Shown in pieces: positions 1-7,980 of a stretch of DNA of 41,862 nucleotides (position 1 is its first letter; each line of letters starts with the position of its first letter). The translations under genes and the position numbers were made by a program. The notes below the pieces were generated by a model that was not told the origin of the DNA, searched no databases, and was given only the letters and a program-made list of their open reading frames with translations. Source of the stretch: an uncultured Erysipelotrichaceae bacterium (GTDB lineage Bacteria; Bacillota_I; Bacilli_A; RF39; UBA660); assembly GCA_902783185.1 (NCBI GenBank), contig CACZPQ010000031.1, forward strand, positions 1 to 41,862, read 5' to 3'.

Positions 1-1
1 A

Positions 2-115
2 ACAATAAATCAAGATAAAACCATTGGAATAATTATATGTAAGAAAGATAATCATTTTATTATGGAATATGTTTCAGATGAAAGAATTTTATCTAGAGAG
101 TATATTACACTATAA
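2..115 (+). CDS. 3' end of a CDS cut by the window edge; C-terminus resembles YhcG/DUF1016-type PDDEXK nuclease family
   Basis: Frame 2 is open from the edge to TAA at 113-115 and reads NQDKTIGIIICKKDNHFIMEYVSDERILSREYITL. The xIGIIxCK...EY tail matches my memory of YhcG-like C-termini. A terminator hairpin follows. Confidence 0.45.
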   Translation, partial: TINQDKTIGIIICKKDNHFIMEYVSDERILSREYITL

Positions 116-118
116 AAA

Positions 119-148
119 AATGTGGATAAACATTTATTTATCCACATT
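119..148. terminator. Bidirectional intrinsic terminator between convergent genes
   Basis: Perfect 12-bp stem AATGTGGATAAA (119-130) / TTTATCCACATT (137-148) with a 6-nt loop, flanked by an A-run upstream and a T-run downstream. Confidence 0.7.
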
Positions 149-1961
149 ATTTTCTATTTTGTCTAAATCTTTCTGAAGCATCTAGTATTTTCTTTCTCAT
201 TCTTATTGCATCAGGAGTAATTTCAACATATTCATCATCAGCAATAAATTCTAGTGATTCTTCAAGATTAAATGTTTTAGGTGGTACTAATGCAATTGCA
301 TCATCACTCGCTTTACTTCTTGTATTTGACATTTCTTTATTCTTACAAGGATTAACATTTAAATCATTATCTCTATTATTAATACCAACTATTTCACCAG
401 CATATACATCAACAGCAGGTCCAACTATTAATTGTCCTCTATCTTGTAGGTTAAATAATGAATAACCTAATGTTTTACCATTTTCCATTGATACTAATAC
501 TCCATTTTTTCTACCTTGAATATCTCCAACATATGGTTTATATGATTCAAATGATCTTACCATAATACCTTCACCTTTAGTGTTAGTAATAAATGCAGAT
601 CTATAACCAATTAAACCTCTTGTTGGTGCACTAAATTCTAAATGAACATAGTTTTCGTCTGTTTCAGAATTAGTCATTATATTAAGTGTAGCTTTTCTTT
701 CTTGTAAATCTGAAATAACTGTAGATGCATATTCTTGTGGTGTATTTACTATTACATTTTCAAATGGTTCGCATTTTTGTCCATCAATTTCTTCATATAA
801 TACTTCAGGTTTAGAAACACACAATTCATATCCTTCTCTTCTCATTTGTTCTAATAAAACAGATAAGTGAAGTTCACCACGACCTGATACTTTAAAACCA
901 TCAGAGCCTGGAAGTTCTTCAACTTCTAAACCTACATTTGTTTCTAATTCTTTTTCCAATCTTTCTTTAATATGTCTTGAAGTTAAGAATTTACCAGATT
1001 GACCAGCAAAAGGTGATGAATTAACCATAAAGTTCATTGACATTGTTGGTCTTTCAATAGTAATTGGTGGAAGAGGATCAACAACTCCTTTTTGACATAC
1101 TGTATCACCAATTGAGATATCTGAACATCCTGCAATTGTAACAATGTCACCATAATATGCTTCATTAACTTCTGTTCTTCTTATACCCTCTTCAACAAAA
1201 AGTTTAGTAACTCTAAAATCTTCAGTTTTATCAGTACCATTTCTAGCAAGAGTAACAGTTTCACCAGTTTTAATCATACCTGATGTAATTCTACCAATAC
1301 CTAATCTACCAATAAAAGAATCATAATCTAATTGGCATATTTGCATTCTTAAATTATCATCTTTATTTCCTTCATATGGTTTTACATGATTTAATATAAC
1401 ATCTAAAAGTGGAGTTACATCATTCATTTCTTCATCAACTGAAAGAGCTGCCTTTCCTTCTCTTGCAATACCATAAACGATTGGAAAATCTAATTGTTCA
1501 TCAGTAGCATTAAGTTCCATAAATAAATCAAATGTCATATTAACTACTTCTTCAGCTCTGGCATCTTTTTTATCAATTTTATTAATAAATAATATTGGTC
1601 TTAAATTTTGTTCTAAAGCTTTTTTTAATACAAATCTAGTTTGTGGCATTGGTCCTTCTTTAGCATCAACTATTAAAACAACAGTATCAACTGTTCTCAT
1701 AATTCTTTCTACTTCAGATGAGAAATCTGCATGACCTGGTGTATCCACTATATTAATTTTATAATCCTTATAATGAATAGCACATGGTTTAGAATAAATA
1801 GTAATACCTCTTTCTCTTTCTAGGTCATTACTATCCATTACTTGTGCTTCAACAACTTCATTATCCCTAAATGCACCATTTTGAGATAAAAGTGCATCTA
1901 CCAAAGTACTTTTACCAGCATCAACATGTGCCACAACAGCAATATTAATAATCTTATCCAT
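147..1961 (-). CDS. typA: Translational GTPase TypA/BipA
   Basis: 604 aa. GTPase motifs AHVDAGKST (G1), DTPGH (G3) and NKID (G4). Collinear over its full length with the EF-G-like BipA architecture. Confidence 0.95.
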   Translation of the reverse strand: MDKIINIAVVAHVDAGKSTLVDALLSQNGAFRDNEVVEAQVMDSNDLERERGITIYSKPCAIHYKDYKINIVDTPGHADFSSEVERIMRTVDTVVLIVDAKEGPMPQTRFVLKKALEQNLRPILFINKIDKKDARAEEVVNMTFDLFMELNATDEQLDFPIVYGIAREGKAALSVDEEMNDVTPLLDVILNHVKPYEGNKDDNLRMQICQLDYDSFIGRLGIGRITSGMIKTGETVTLARNGTDKTEDFRVTKLFVEEGIRRTEVNEAYYGDIVTIAGCSDISIGDTVCQKGVVDPLPPITIERPTMSMNFMVNSSPFAGQSGKFLTSRHIKERLEKELETNVGLEVEELPGSDGFKVSGRGELHLSVLLEQMRREGYELCVSKPEVLYEEIDGQKCEPFENVIVNTPQEYASTVISDLQERKATLNIMTNSETDENYVHLEFSAPTRGLIGYRSAFITNTKGEGIMVRSFESYKPYVGDIQGRKNGVLVSMENGKTLGYSLFNLQDRGQLIVGPAVDVYAGEIVGINNRDNDLNVNPCKNKEMSNTRSKASDDAIALVPPKTFNLEESLEFIADDEYVEITPDAIRMRKKILDASERFRQNRK

Positions 1962-2037
1962 ATATACTACCCCGTTTCTTTTGAAAACACCTATAAGATA
2001 TTACTACAAAATACCTATTTTTACAAGTTTTTTTAAT

Positions 2038-2065
2038 AAAAAAAGATATTACTAAAATAATATCT
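2038..2065 (-). terminator. Intrinsic terminator ending the five-gene operon
   Basis: Stem AGATATTA (2044-2051) / TAATATCT (2058-2065). On the minus strand a T-run follows (A-run 2038-2043 on plus). Lies just downstream of the 141-aa ORF. Confidence 0.6.
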
Positions 2066-2081
2066 ACATAATTAATTATTA

Positions 2082-2507
2082 TTATCTATGTTTATAATTA
2101 TCTTGTAAATCAACATATAATGATTTAATATTTTCTATTTTATTAACATAACTATTTGTTATTTCGTCATAAATCCATATACCAGATAAATCATCTAAAG
2201 GAATAGCACCAATTTGTCCGTCATGAACTTTTGAAAGAGATATTTCAAGAACAGGTCTTTTATCATAATAACATACGTTCCCACCAATAGACCAATAAAT
2301 AATATCTCCATGATTTTGTCCTCTTACACCATATTCCTTTGGTCTAACATAACCACAATTTATAATATCATTAATTTGATCAATTCCCGTTACTCTATAA
2401 GCATAACCTTCTTTTGATTTTAGTGATATTGGATTATCTTTACCCAAAGATAAATTGCATGGTGCAACACTATTTTTTACATTGTATAAATCACTGTAAT
2501 TATTCAT
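2082..2507 (-). CDS. Hypothetical 141-aa protein, last gene of the five-gene operon
   Basis: SD AAAGAGGATG precedes the ATG. The start overlaps the stop of the upstream gene by 8 nt. No TM segment and no motif I recognise. Confidence 0.7.
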   Translation of the reverse strand: MNNYSDLYNVKNSVAPCNLSLGKDNPISLKSKEGYAYRVTGIDQINDIINCGYVRPKEYGVRGQNHGDIIYWSIGGNVCYYDKRPVLEISLSKVHDGQIGAIPLDDLSGIWIYDEITNSYVNKIENIKSLYVDLQDNYKHR

Positions 2508-2790
2508 TTACATCCTCTTTATTAATAGCTTCAGTTAATTTTCGTTTAAATTCTATATCCTTATCTGATCTATAACCAATAAATAACACTTTTGCTATTT
2601 GATTATGATTAAATAATAAATTTTGATCTGATATAATAACTCCTTCTGGATACATACATCCACAATAATCATATACAGTATTTAGATCATTATTAGCTAC
2701 GGTATAAAAACCAGTAATCATTACTTCTTTTGTTCCATTGTTAAGCATAACAACACTTCCTATTGGTAATAATTTGTTAGCATCTTTCAT
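2500..2790 (-). CDS. DUF4176-like small protein (96 aa)
   Basis: LLPIGSVVML...EVMITG...YDYCGCMYPEG...LFNHNQIAKVLFIGY matches the LPxGSVV / DY-G-YPEG / FNHxxI pattern I recall for DUF4176. SD GGGAAGGA. ATGA start/stop overlap with the upstream gene. Confidence 0.7.
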   Translation of the reverse strand: MKDANKLLPIGSVVMLNNGTKEVMITGFYTVANNDLNTVYDYCGCMYPEGVIISDQNLLFNHNQIAKVLFIGYRSDKDIEFKRKLTEAINKEDVNE

Positions 2791-4082
2791 TCTTTATCAT
2801 TCCTTCCCACAAAACTATTTCTTAATTCTTCTAAACCACTTGCTGCTCTATCCGAAACATTATCTACAACTTTATCAATAAATCTTGTTTCATAAAAACC
2901 ACTATCTAATCCCGAATCAACATTTTCAACAATATCACCAAATGTAGGAATCAATTGTTCCTCAACAGCACTTATAGTATCACCAGCAAAACCAGTAATT
3001 CTTGAATTATCTACTCTATAACCTATCATATCAAATGCTCCATTCATTAAAATATTAAATGTTGCACCAATTGCTACTTTAGTAGAAGTCCTTAATCTAG
3101 AATCTCCATTAGCAATAGAATCAGAAATAGTATTAGCAGCACTTCCAATTGTATCTATAACATTTGCAGTGTGTCTTGATCCAGCCACAGCAGTTGATAT
3201 ATATCTAGCTGCTCTTTTTTGTTTATGTATTGTCAATGCCTCCCTAATTGATTGTCCTAATTCACTAAATGATGGTCTTATTGAATAAATACTTCGAATA
3301 CTTCCCAATGCTTCAACTGTTTTTGATCCAAAAATTCCAGCGGCAATCCATCTTGCAGATCCAGCAACTCCAGAAAGCACAATTCCGGCTTCCTCCGCAC
3401 CAGTAATATCTTTATTTTGTTTGTATGTATCTGAAGCTTGAATACCTATTCCCTCTGCCAGTCCTAAAGAACCATTTACTATTAAATTTATTGACATTGG
3501 TGCTGCAGTTCCACCACTAGCAATTAATGTTCCCGTTGCAACTGCTAATTCACCAACTATTGAACTAATACTTTCAATTCTATTTGCTACTTTACTATCA
3601 TATTTTAGATAAGAATTATCATTAACACTTTTTAATGGAGTATTATTATAAACATCATTTTCAAGATTATCTATAACATCTATTGATATAGCATCTTTTA
3701 CATTATCTTTAAATTTTTCACGCCAATCTAAAATTCTATTTTGATATTCTTTATTAACAATACCTACTATTTGTGATGTAACATAGCTTTCTCCTTCAAT
3801 TATTTTTCCACCAGCATATAAAAGCCCATCCCCCATATGTTCTCCAACATCTTGTACACCAGATAATACTTTTCCAGCACCTACAACAACAGTTGCTCCT
3901 GTTCTTTTTAATACATCTAACGCATCATTACCAAAATCATTAATATTGTAATTACTACTAGTATTAGTAGGTGCTGAATCAAATGAATAGTTTTCAATAT
4001 TGATATCTTTATTAATACTTATAGTATTGGCTAAATTAGATGGGATTTGTTCTGATTTTATAGTTTTTATATTATCAGACAT
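2787..4082 (-). CDS. Gly/Ala/Ser-rich 431-aa protein with glycine-zipper-like segments; function unknown (candidate membrane-active effector)
   Basis: Start placed at the ATG at 4082 (MSDNIKTIK), which has SD AGGTG 4-5 nt upstream. The ORF-track start at 4115 lies inside a hairpin. Segments include GATVVVGAGKVLSG, GTLIASGGTAAP..GSLGLAEGIGIQ and GIVLSGVAGSARWIAAGIFGS. No signal peptide and no LXG/WXG motif seen. Confidence 0.75.
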   Translation of the reverse strand: MSDNIKTIKSEQIPSNLANTISINKDINIENYSFDSAPTNTSSNYNINDFGNDALDVLKRTGATVVVGAGKVLSGVQDVGEHMGDGLLYAGGKIIEGESYVTSQIVGIVNKEYQNRILDWREKFKDNVKDAISIDVIDNLENDVYNNTPLKSVNDNSYLKYDSKVANRIESISSIVGELAVATGTLIASGGTAAPMSINLIVNGSLGLAEGIGIQASDTYKQNKDITGAEEAGIVLSGVAGSARWIAAGIFGSKTVEALGSIRSIYSIRPSFSELGQSIREALTIHKQKRAARYISTAVAGSRHTANVIDTIGSAANTISDSIANGDSRLRTSTKVAIGATFNILMNGAFDMIGYRVDNSRITGFAGDTISAVEEQLIPTFGDIVENVDSGLDSGFYETRFIDKVVDNVSDRAASGLEELRNSFVGRNDKE

Positions 4083-4173
4083 ACAACACCTACTCTCTTT
4101 ATTTAAGTATAGCATTATTTTATAATGCTTACAAACATTCTAAAGTATTGTTTACACTAAAAAAGATTATCAA

Positions 4174-4608
4174 CTATTTAGTTTCATAATCTTTTTTATC
4201 ATTATTTTGATTCTTAACAAATTTATAATATCTATCTTTACATAGTATAAAAAATAATACAAATGCTAATATTGAATAAGCTATATACCATACACTAGTC
4301 CATATTGTTGCTAAAGTTGATGTATAATTTGCTCCAAATAATAGAAATAAGTTAGATCCTAAATCCATTAATAATTGAAATGGAACAAATAAAAGTATTA
4401 CAAAACCAGCAACTAGTAACAATCTCCAAAATAATGAAAATAATTCAGATGAATTTTTACTTGTTATATATTCTCTTATATCTTTAAAAAAAACTTTCAT
4501 CCCTTTTACTTCTTTAACTGATGTTTCTTTTATTTCTTCAACTTGTTTTTCTTTAATTACTTCATTATTCATCTTAGGTAATTCAGGTATTTCATTATTA
4601 TCATTCAT
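4174..4608 (-). CDS. Small membrane protein (144 aa): charged N-terminus followed by about 3 TM helices
   Basis: SD AAGAGGAA. The start overlaps the stop of the upstream gene by 8 nt. Hydrophobic stretches LFWRLLLVAGFVILLFVPFQLL, LFLLFG...LATIW and VWYIAYSILAFVLFFILC. Confidence 0.75.
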   Translation of the reverse strand: MNDNNEIPELPKMNNEVIKEKQVEEIKETSVKEVKGMKVFFKDIREYITSKNSSELFSLFWRLLLVAGFVILLFVPFQLLMDLGSNLFLLFGANYTSTLATIWTSVWYIAYSILAFVLFFILCKDRYYKFVKNQNNDKKDYETK

Positions 4609-6442
4609 TTATATTCCTCTTTTCTATAGTTACTTTATTGATATTAATTTTATAATCTAAATCAAATTTATCAATATAAGTATAATCTTTAGTTTTTATT
4701 TCATTAGTTTTAAATCTAGAATAAATTACAGTATTCTTATCTTTATTAATTATTATATCCCTTGTATCAATGATTATTTCTGGACTTTCATTATTAACTA
4801 TTTTTATTGTTTTATCTTTAGCACTATCAATTGGTTTTGCAATAAACTTTGGTGAGAATAAAACATTAATACCTTTTTTAACATTAGCAGTAATAACCCT
4901 ATAATTATTAGATTTATTAATTAAGTAAGGTGCTATTATAGATGAAGTATGAATAAAGTTATCATTACCTAAACTATCAAAATCATTTGTACTAAAATAT
5001 AATTTGTAATTATACTTTAATACCATTTTATTATTAATATTAATTATAGTTTTAATAGTATTAATAATAGATTTAATAAATTCTTCCTTACTTGTAAAAA
5101 ATATATCTTTAAATATTGTATTTTTAATATCTTTATTATCTTCAAGTTCTAATAATTTTTTTACTTTTGTATAACACTCTTCATATAAAGGTAAAAAATT
5201 ATTAGTAATATTTAATAGATTAATTATTTCATTAGCAGGTAAATTTTCAAAATCATTAATACCTTGTATCATATCAAATAATTCTCTATAAAATGAATTA
5301 TATAATATTAAGGCATTTCTTTCTTCATCATTTAAATTAGTATTAAATTGCTTAGTTAAACTATTATTCACATCCTCAGTAGATGTATTATAATCTTCAA
5401 TTTTTTCTGTTATTTCTTTTTTACATCTTAATACATTTCTTTCAATATCATATTCTTTATTACTTTTAAAATTATTTAAATATTCACATAATCTAAATTC
5501 ATTAATATTTTCTTTTTGATTATATTTATTATTAATAAATTCTTTATATTTTGCTTCAAAATTATCATCATATATACATTCATATGTACTTTGATTATCA
5601 ATTGAATCAAATTTCTTTTTTAAATTTATAATTTTAAATCTTTTCTTAGATAATAATTCTTTCATAAAATCTATTTTAGTAACAACTAATCTCATTTCTT
5701 CATCAATATCATCATTATATCTAAGAGCATACATATAACTATTATTAAGTTCTAAGGATTTATTTAACCCCCATGCTTCATTTATTAATTCTTTTAAAAC
5801 ATCTTCCTTAGGTAATTTCTTTTTATACTCAGATATCTTAGAATTAATATCACTTTCTAATTCTAAATTTGTTTTAAATACCTTGTTTTCTTCTTCAATT
5901 GAAGGATGAGTATTATTAACATTATATATATCAACTAAATTTTGTAAATCTAAATAATATCTTTGTAATTCTTTTTCTTTATTAAATAGATTTTTAACAT
6001 ATTTTTCTTTAATATCTTTTTCTTGATAATAATGATCCATCAATTCTTCAGCAACTATTAAATATCTTTTAGTAGCAGATAATTTTAAATTACTCTTTTC
6101 TCTTTTATCATGTAATTCAATATTAAACATTTCATTATCAGTCATAACATGATTATTCCTAATATATAATACTTCTGGATTTGGTACCTCATAATTATTT
6201 AGTTTTAAAGATACATTATATTTTTTTCCATTTAATTTATACCATTGATATCTCTTTAAGAATAAATCTAAATCAATATCATTATGAAAAGATACTACTC
6301 TTTCTGTAATACCATATTTATTATCTATATAAGAATAATTAACGCCTATTTCGTTATTATTCTTATATATAAAGGGATGAACAGTTTTAGAATTATATCC
6401 ATGCTTTTTTATTATCTTTAAAGCAGATTCAATACTAATCAT
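4601..6442 (-). CDS. Hypothetical 613-aa soluble protein (Asn/Lys/Glu/Ile-rich), first gene of the operon
   Basis: Strong SD GGGGAGGT 7 nt before the ATG. A long uninterrupted ORF in AT-rich DNA. No TM segment, signal peptide or motif I can name. Confidence 0.8.
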   Translation of the reverse strand: MISIESALKIIKKHGYNSKTVHPFIYKNNNEIGVNYSYIDNKYGITERVVSFHNDIDLDLFLKRYQWYKLNGKKYNVSLKLNNYEVPNPEVLYIRNNHVMTDNEMFNIELHDKREKSNLKLSATKRYLIVAEELMDHYYQEKDIKEKYVKNLFNKEKELQRYYLDLQNLVDIYNVNNTHPSIEEENKVFKTNLELESDINSKISEYKKKLPKEDVLKELINEAWGLNKSLELNNSYMYALRYNDDIDEEMRLVVTKIDFMKELLSKKRFKIINLKKKFDSIDNQSTYECIYDDNFEAKYKEFINNKYNQKENINEFRLCEYLNNFKSNKEYDIERNVLRCKKEITEKIEDYNTSTEDVNNSLTKQFNTNLNDEERNALILYNSFYRELFDMIQGINDFENLPANEIINLLNITNNFLPLYEECYTKVKKLLELEDNKDIKNTIFKDIFFTSKEEFIKSIINTIKTIININNKMVLKYNYKLYFSTNDFDSLGNDNFIHTSSIIAPYLINKSNNYRVITANVKKGINVLFSPKFIAKPIDSAKDKTIKIVNNESPEIIIDTRDIIINKDKNTVIYSRFKTNEIKTKDYTYIDKFDLDYKININKVTIEKRNINE

Positions 6443-6468
6443 TAATATCTACCTCCCCAATTATTTAT

Positions 6469-6477
6469 ATTATAGCA
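6469..6477 (-). promoter_or_regulatory. Extended -10 promoter element (TGCTATAAT on the minus strand) for the five-gene operon
   Basis: The plus strand reads ATTATAGCA at 6469-6477, which is TGCTATAAT on the minus strand. It lies about 27 nt upstream of the 6442 start. The -35 is weak. Confidence 0.5.
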
Positions 6478-6514
6478 AAAAATAACATGTTTTAAAATAT
6501 ATAAAGTTTATATA

Positions 6515-6543
6515 TTGCTATTAAAACAAATTTATTTTATAAT
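6515..6543 (+). promoter_or_regulatory. Sigma-A type promoter for the HdeD-like gene
   Basis: TTGCTA (6515-6520), a 17-nt spacer, then TATAAT (6538-6543), about 20 nt upstream of the ATG at 6565. Confidence 0.5.
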
Positions 6544-6564
6544 TTTATTAGAAAGAGTGATTAT

Positions 6565-7191
6565 ATGGTAATTAAAGAAACAAATAAAAGTTTAATATCA
6601 TCAATATTATTTTTAATATTTGGTGCATTAATATTTGCTTATCCTAATCAAGTAGTTACAACTGCATCTATGATATTTGGTGGTATATTAATGTTTTATG
6701 GTTTAATATTAGTTATTAAAAACTATTATGAAACAAAACAAGATTCAAATAATTCAAGTGCAACATTAATATTAGGAATATTTTTATTAGTAGTTGGACT
6801 ATTATTTATAGTATTAGCTAGCTTAATATCACATATACTTCAATATGTACTTGGTGCTTGGATATTATTTACAGGTATAGAAAGATTAATGATTGCTTTA
6901 TCATTAGGAAAAGATGATAATGCATTTATAACTCAATTAATTATAGCTTGTATACTTTTAATTGCAGGTTTATATACTATATTAAGAGGACATTTAGAAA
7001 TACAAATTATTGGTATTATAATGATTATTTATTCTGTATTACAAATAATTGGTTATTTATCTAATAAGAAAGATACAGTTGATAAAACTGTTGATATTAT
7101 TAAAGAACGTATTGATACTAAAGATGAAAAAGATGATATAAAAGAAGCTAAAGTAGTTGAAGAAAAACCAAATAAAAAGAAAAAGAAATAG
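6565..7191 (+). CDS. HdeD/DUF308-family membrane protein with a Lys/Glu-rich C-terminal tail
   Basis: 208 aa with about 6 TM helices arranged as repeated pairs. N-terminus ILFLIFGALIFAYPNQ...MIFGGILMFYGLILVI is typical of DUF308 repeats. Confidence 0.7.
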   Translation: MVIKETNKSLISSILFLIFGALIFAYPNQVVTTASMIFGGILMFYGLILVIKNYYETKQDSNNSSATLILGIFLLVVGLLFIVLASLISHILQYVLGAWILFTGIERLMIALSLGKDDNAFITQLIIACILLIAGLYTILRGHLEIQIIGIIMIIYSVLQIIGYLSNKKDTVDKTVDIIKERIDTKDEKDDIKEAKVVEEKPNKKKKK

Positions 7192-7201
7192 TTTATATAA
7201 A

Positions 7202-7720
7202 CTATTTTTTTAATACTAATTTAGAATTTTTTGCCTGTGATATAAAATCATATATATCACAACCATAATTAAGGTTATTATATTCATATATTGACAAATT
7301 TTTATCTTCATCAGTTTGAGTAGATATATAATATTCAAATAAAGCATCTAAACTACTAAATGTATGAATTCCTCTAATAGGTCTAAATGTTGTTTCAATC
7401 CAATAGTATTTATTGTTATCGTAATAAACTAATAATGAATGATTTCTTAATGAAGTATAGTATGTTTTTACATTATAACCATGAGTTTTTAACCAATCCC
7501 TCATTAGTTCATTTTGATCATAACATATACCACATTTACTAATTAATAATTCTTGTGGACTTTGAAACTTATAATTTCTAAATAATTCTTCCATATAATA
7601 TTGTTCAACAGTATTATATCTTAATAACACTTTATTATCCTTATTAATAAAACCATACTTAATATTATTTCTAGTAAATAAATATAAATCATTAGGATTT
7701 TTAATATCTTCATAATCCAT
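7202..7720 (-). CDS. Transglutaminase-like (papain-fold) domain protein, tentative
   Basis: 172 aa. CGICYDQNELMRDWLKTHGYNV ... NHSLLVYY ... YWIETT is spaced like the Cys-His-Asp/Glu core of transglutaminase-like enzymes. Motif-level evidence only. Confidence 0.5.
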   Translation of the reverse strand: MDYEDIKNPNDLYLFTRNNIKYGFINKDNKVLLRYNTVEQYYMEELFRNYKFQSPQELLISKCGICYDQNELMRDWLKTHGYNVKTYYTSLRNHSLLVYYDNNKYYWIETTFRPIRGIHTFSSLDALFEYYISTQTDEDKNLSIYEYNNLNYGCDIYDFISQAKNSKLVLKK

Positions 7721-7800
7721 AATAATACACCCACTTAGTAATTTATTATATTTATAAATAACTATTAAATCAATATTTTCTTTATTTTTAATTAAATTAA

Positions 7801-7809
7801 TGCTATAAT
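7801..7809 (+). promoter_or_regulatory. Extended -10 element TGCTATAAT upstream of the 36-aa ORF
   Basis: Exact TGnTATAAT match, 26 nt upstream of the GTG at 7835. Confidence 0.45.
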
Positions 7810-7834
7810 TTATATCAGTTATGGAGGGATATTT

Positions 7835-7945
7835 GTGAGAACATATAAAGTTAATCTTCCTGAAGGAAAGAAAAAAGCCTTTGGTGCAAGAAGAGGAGTT
7901 AAAGTAAAACTAGTTAGTAAAAAGAATACTAAAAAGAATAAATAA
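7835..7945 (+). CDS. Small, highly basic 36-aa protein (MRTYKVNLPEGKKKAFGARRGVKVKLVSKKNTKKNK)
   Basis: Absent from the ORF track because it is too short. GGAGGG SD (7823-7828) lies 6 nt before the GTG. Extended -10 promoter upstream and a hairpin terminator immediately downstream. Confidence 0.45.
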   Translation: MRTYKVNLPEGKKKAFGARRGVKVKLVSKKNTKKNK

Positions 7946-7950
7946 TAAAA

Positions 7951-7980
7951 GATTTGCAAATTATATGCAAATCTTTTTAT
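7951..7980. terminator. Bidirectional intrinsic terminator
   Basis: GATTTGCA (7951-7958) / TGCAAATC (7966-7973), followed by TTTTTAT. Sits between the small ORF and the convergent 352-aa gene. Confidence 0.7.

Noticed and set aside
4083-4115. Longest-ORF N-terminal extensions (here MLYLNKESRCC; likewise 22629-22700, 22747-22767, 32389-32460, 36435-36458, 37762-37770, 41407-41442)
   Set aside because: In each case an internal ATG or GTG is preceded by a good SD at proper spacing and begins the conserved or signal-peptide part of the protein. The upstream start has no SD or sits inside a hairpin or inside the SD itself. I used the internal starts.
4601-5500. Possible ADP-ribosyltransferase-like signature in the 613-aa protein (EERNALILYNSFYRELFDMIQGIN, YFSTNDF, ESPEIIID)
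   Set aside because: It is only a loose resemblance to the helical Y..N region and the STS motif. No properly spaced catalytic Arg and no ExE/QxE motif is present (it has E-S-P-E instead). This is too weak to claim without profile or structure searches.
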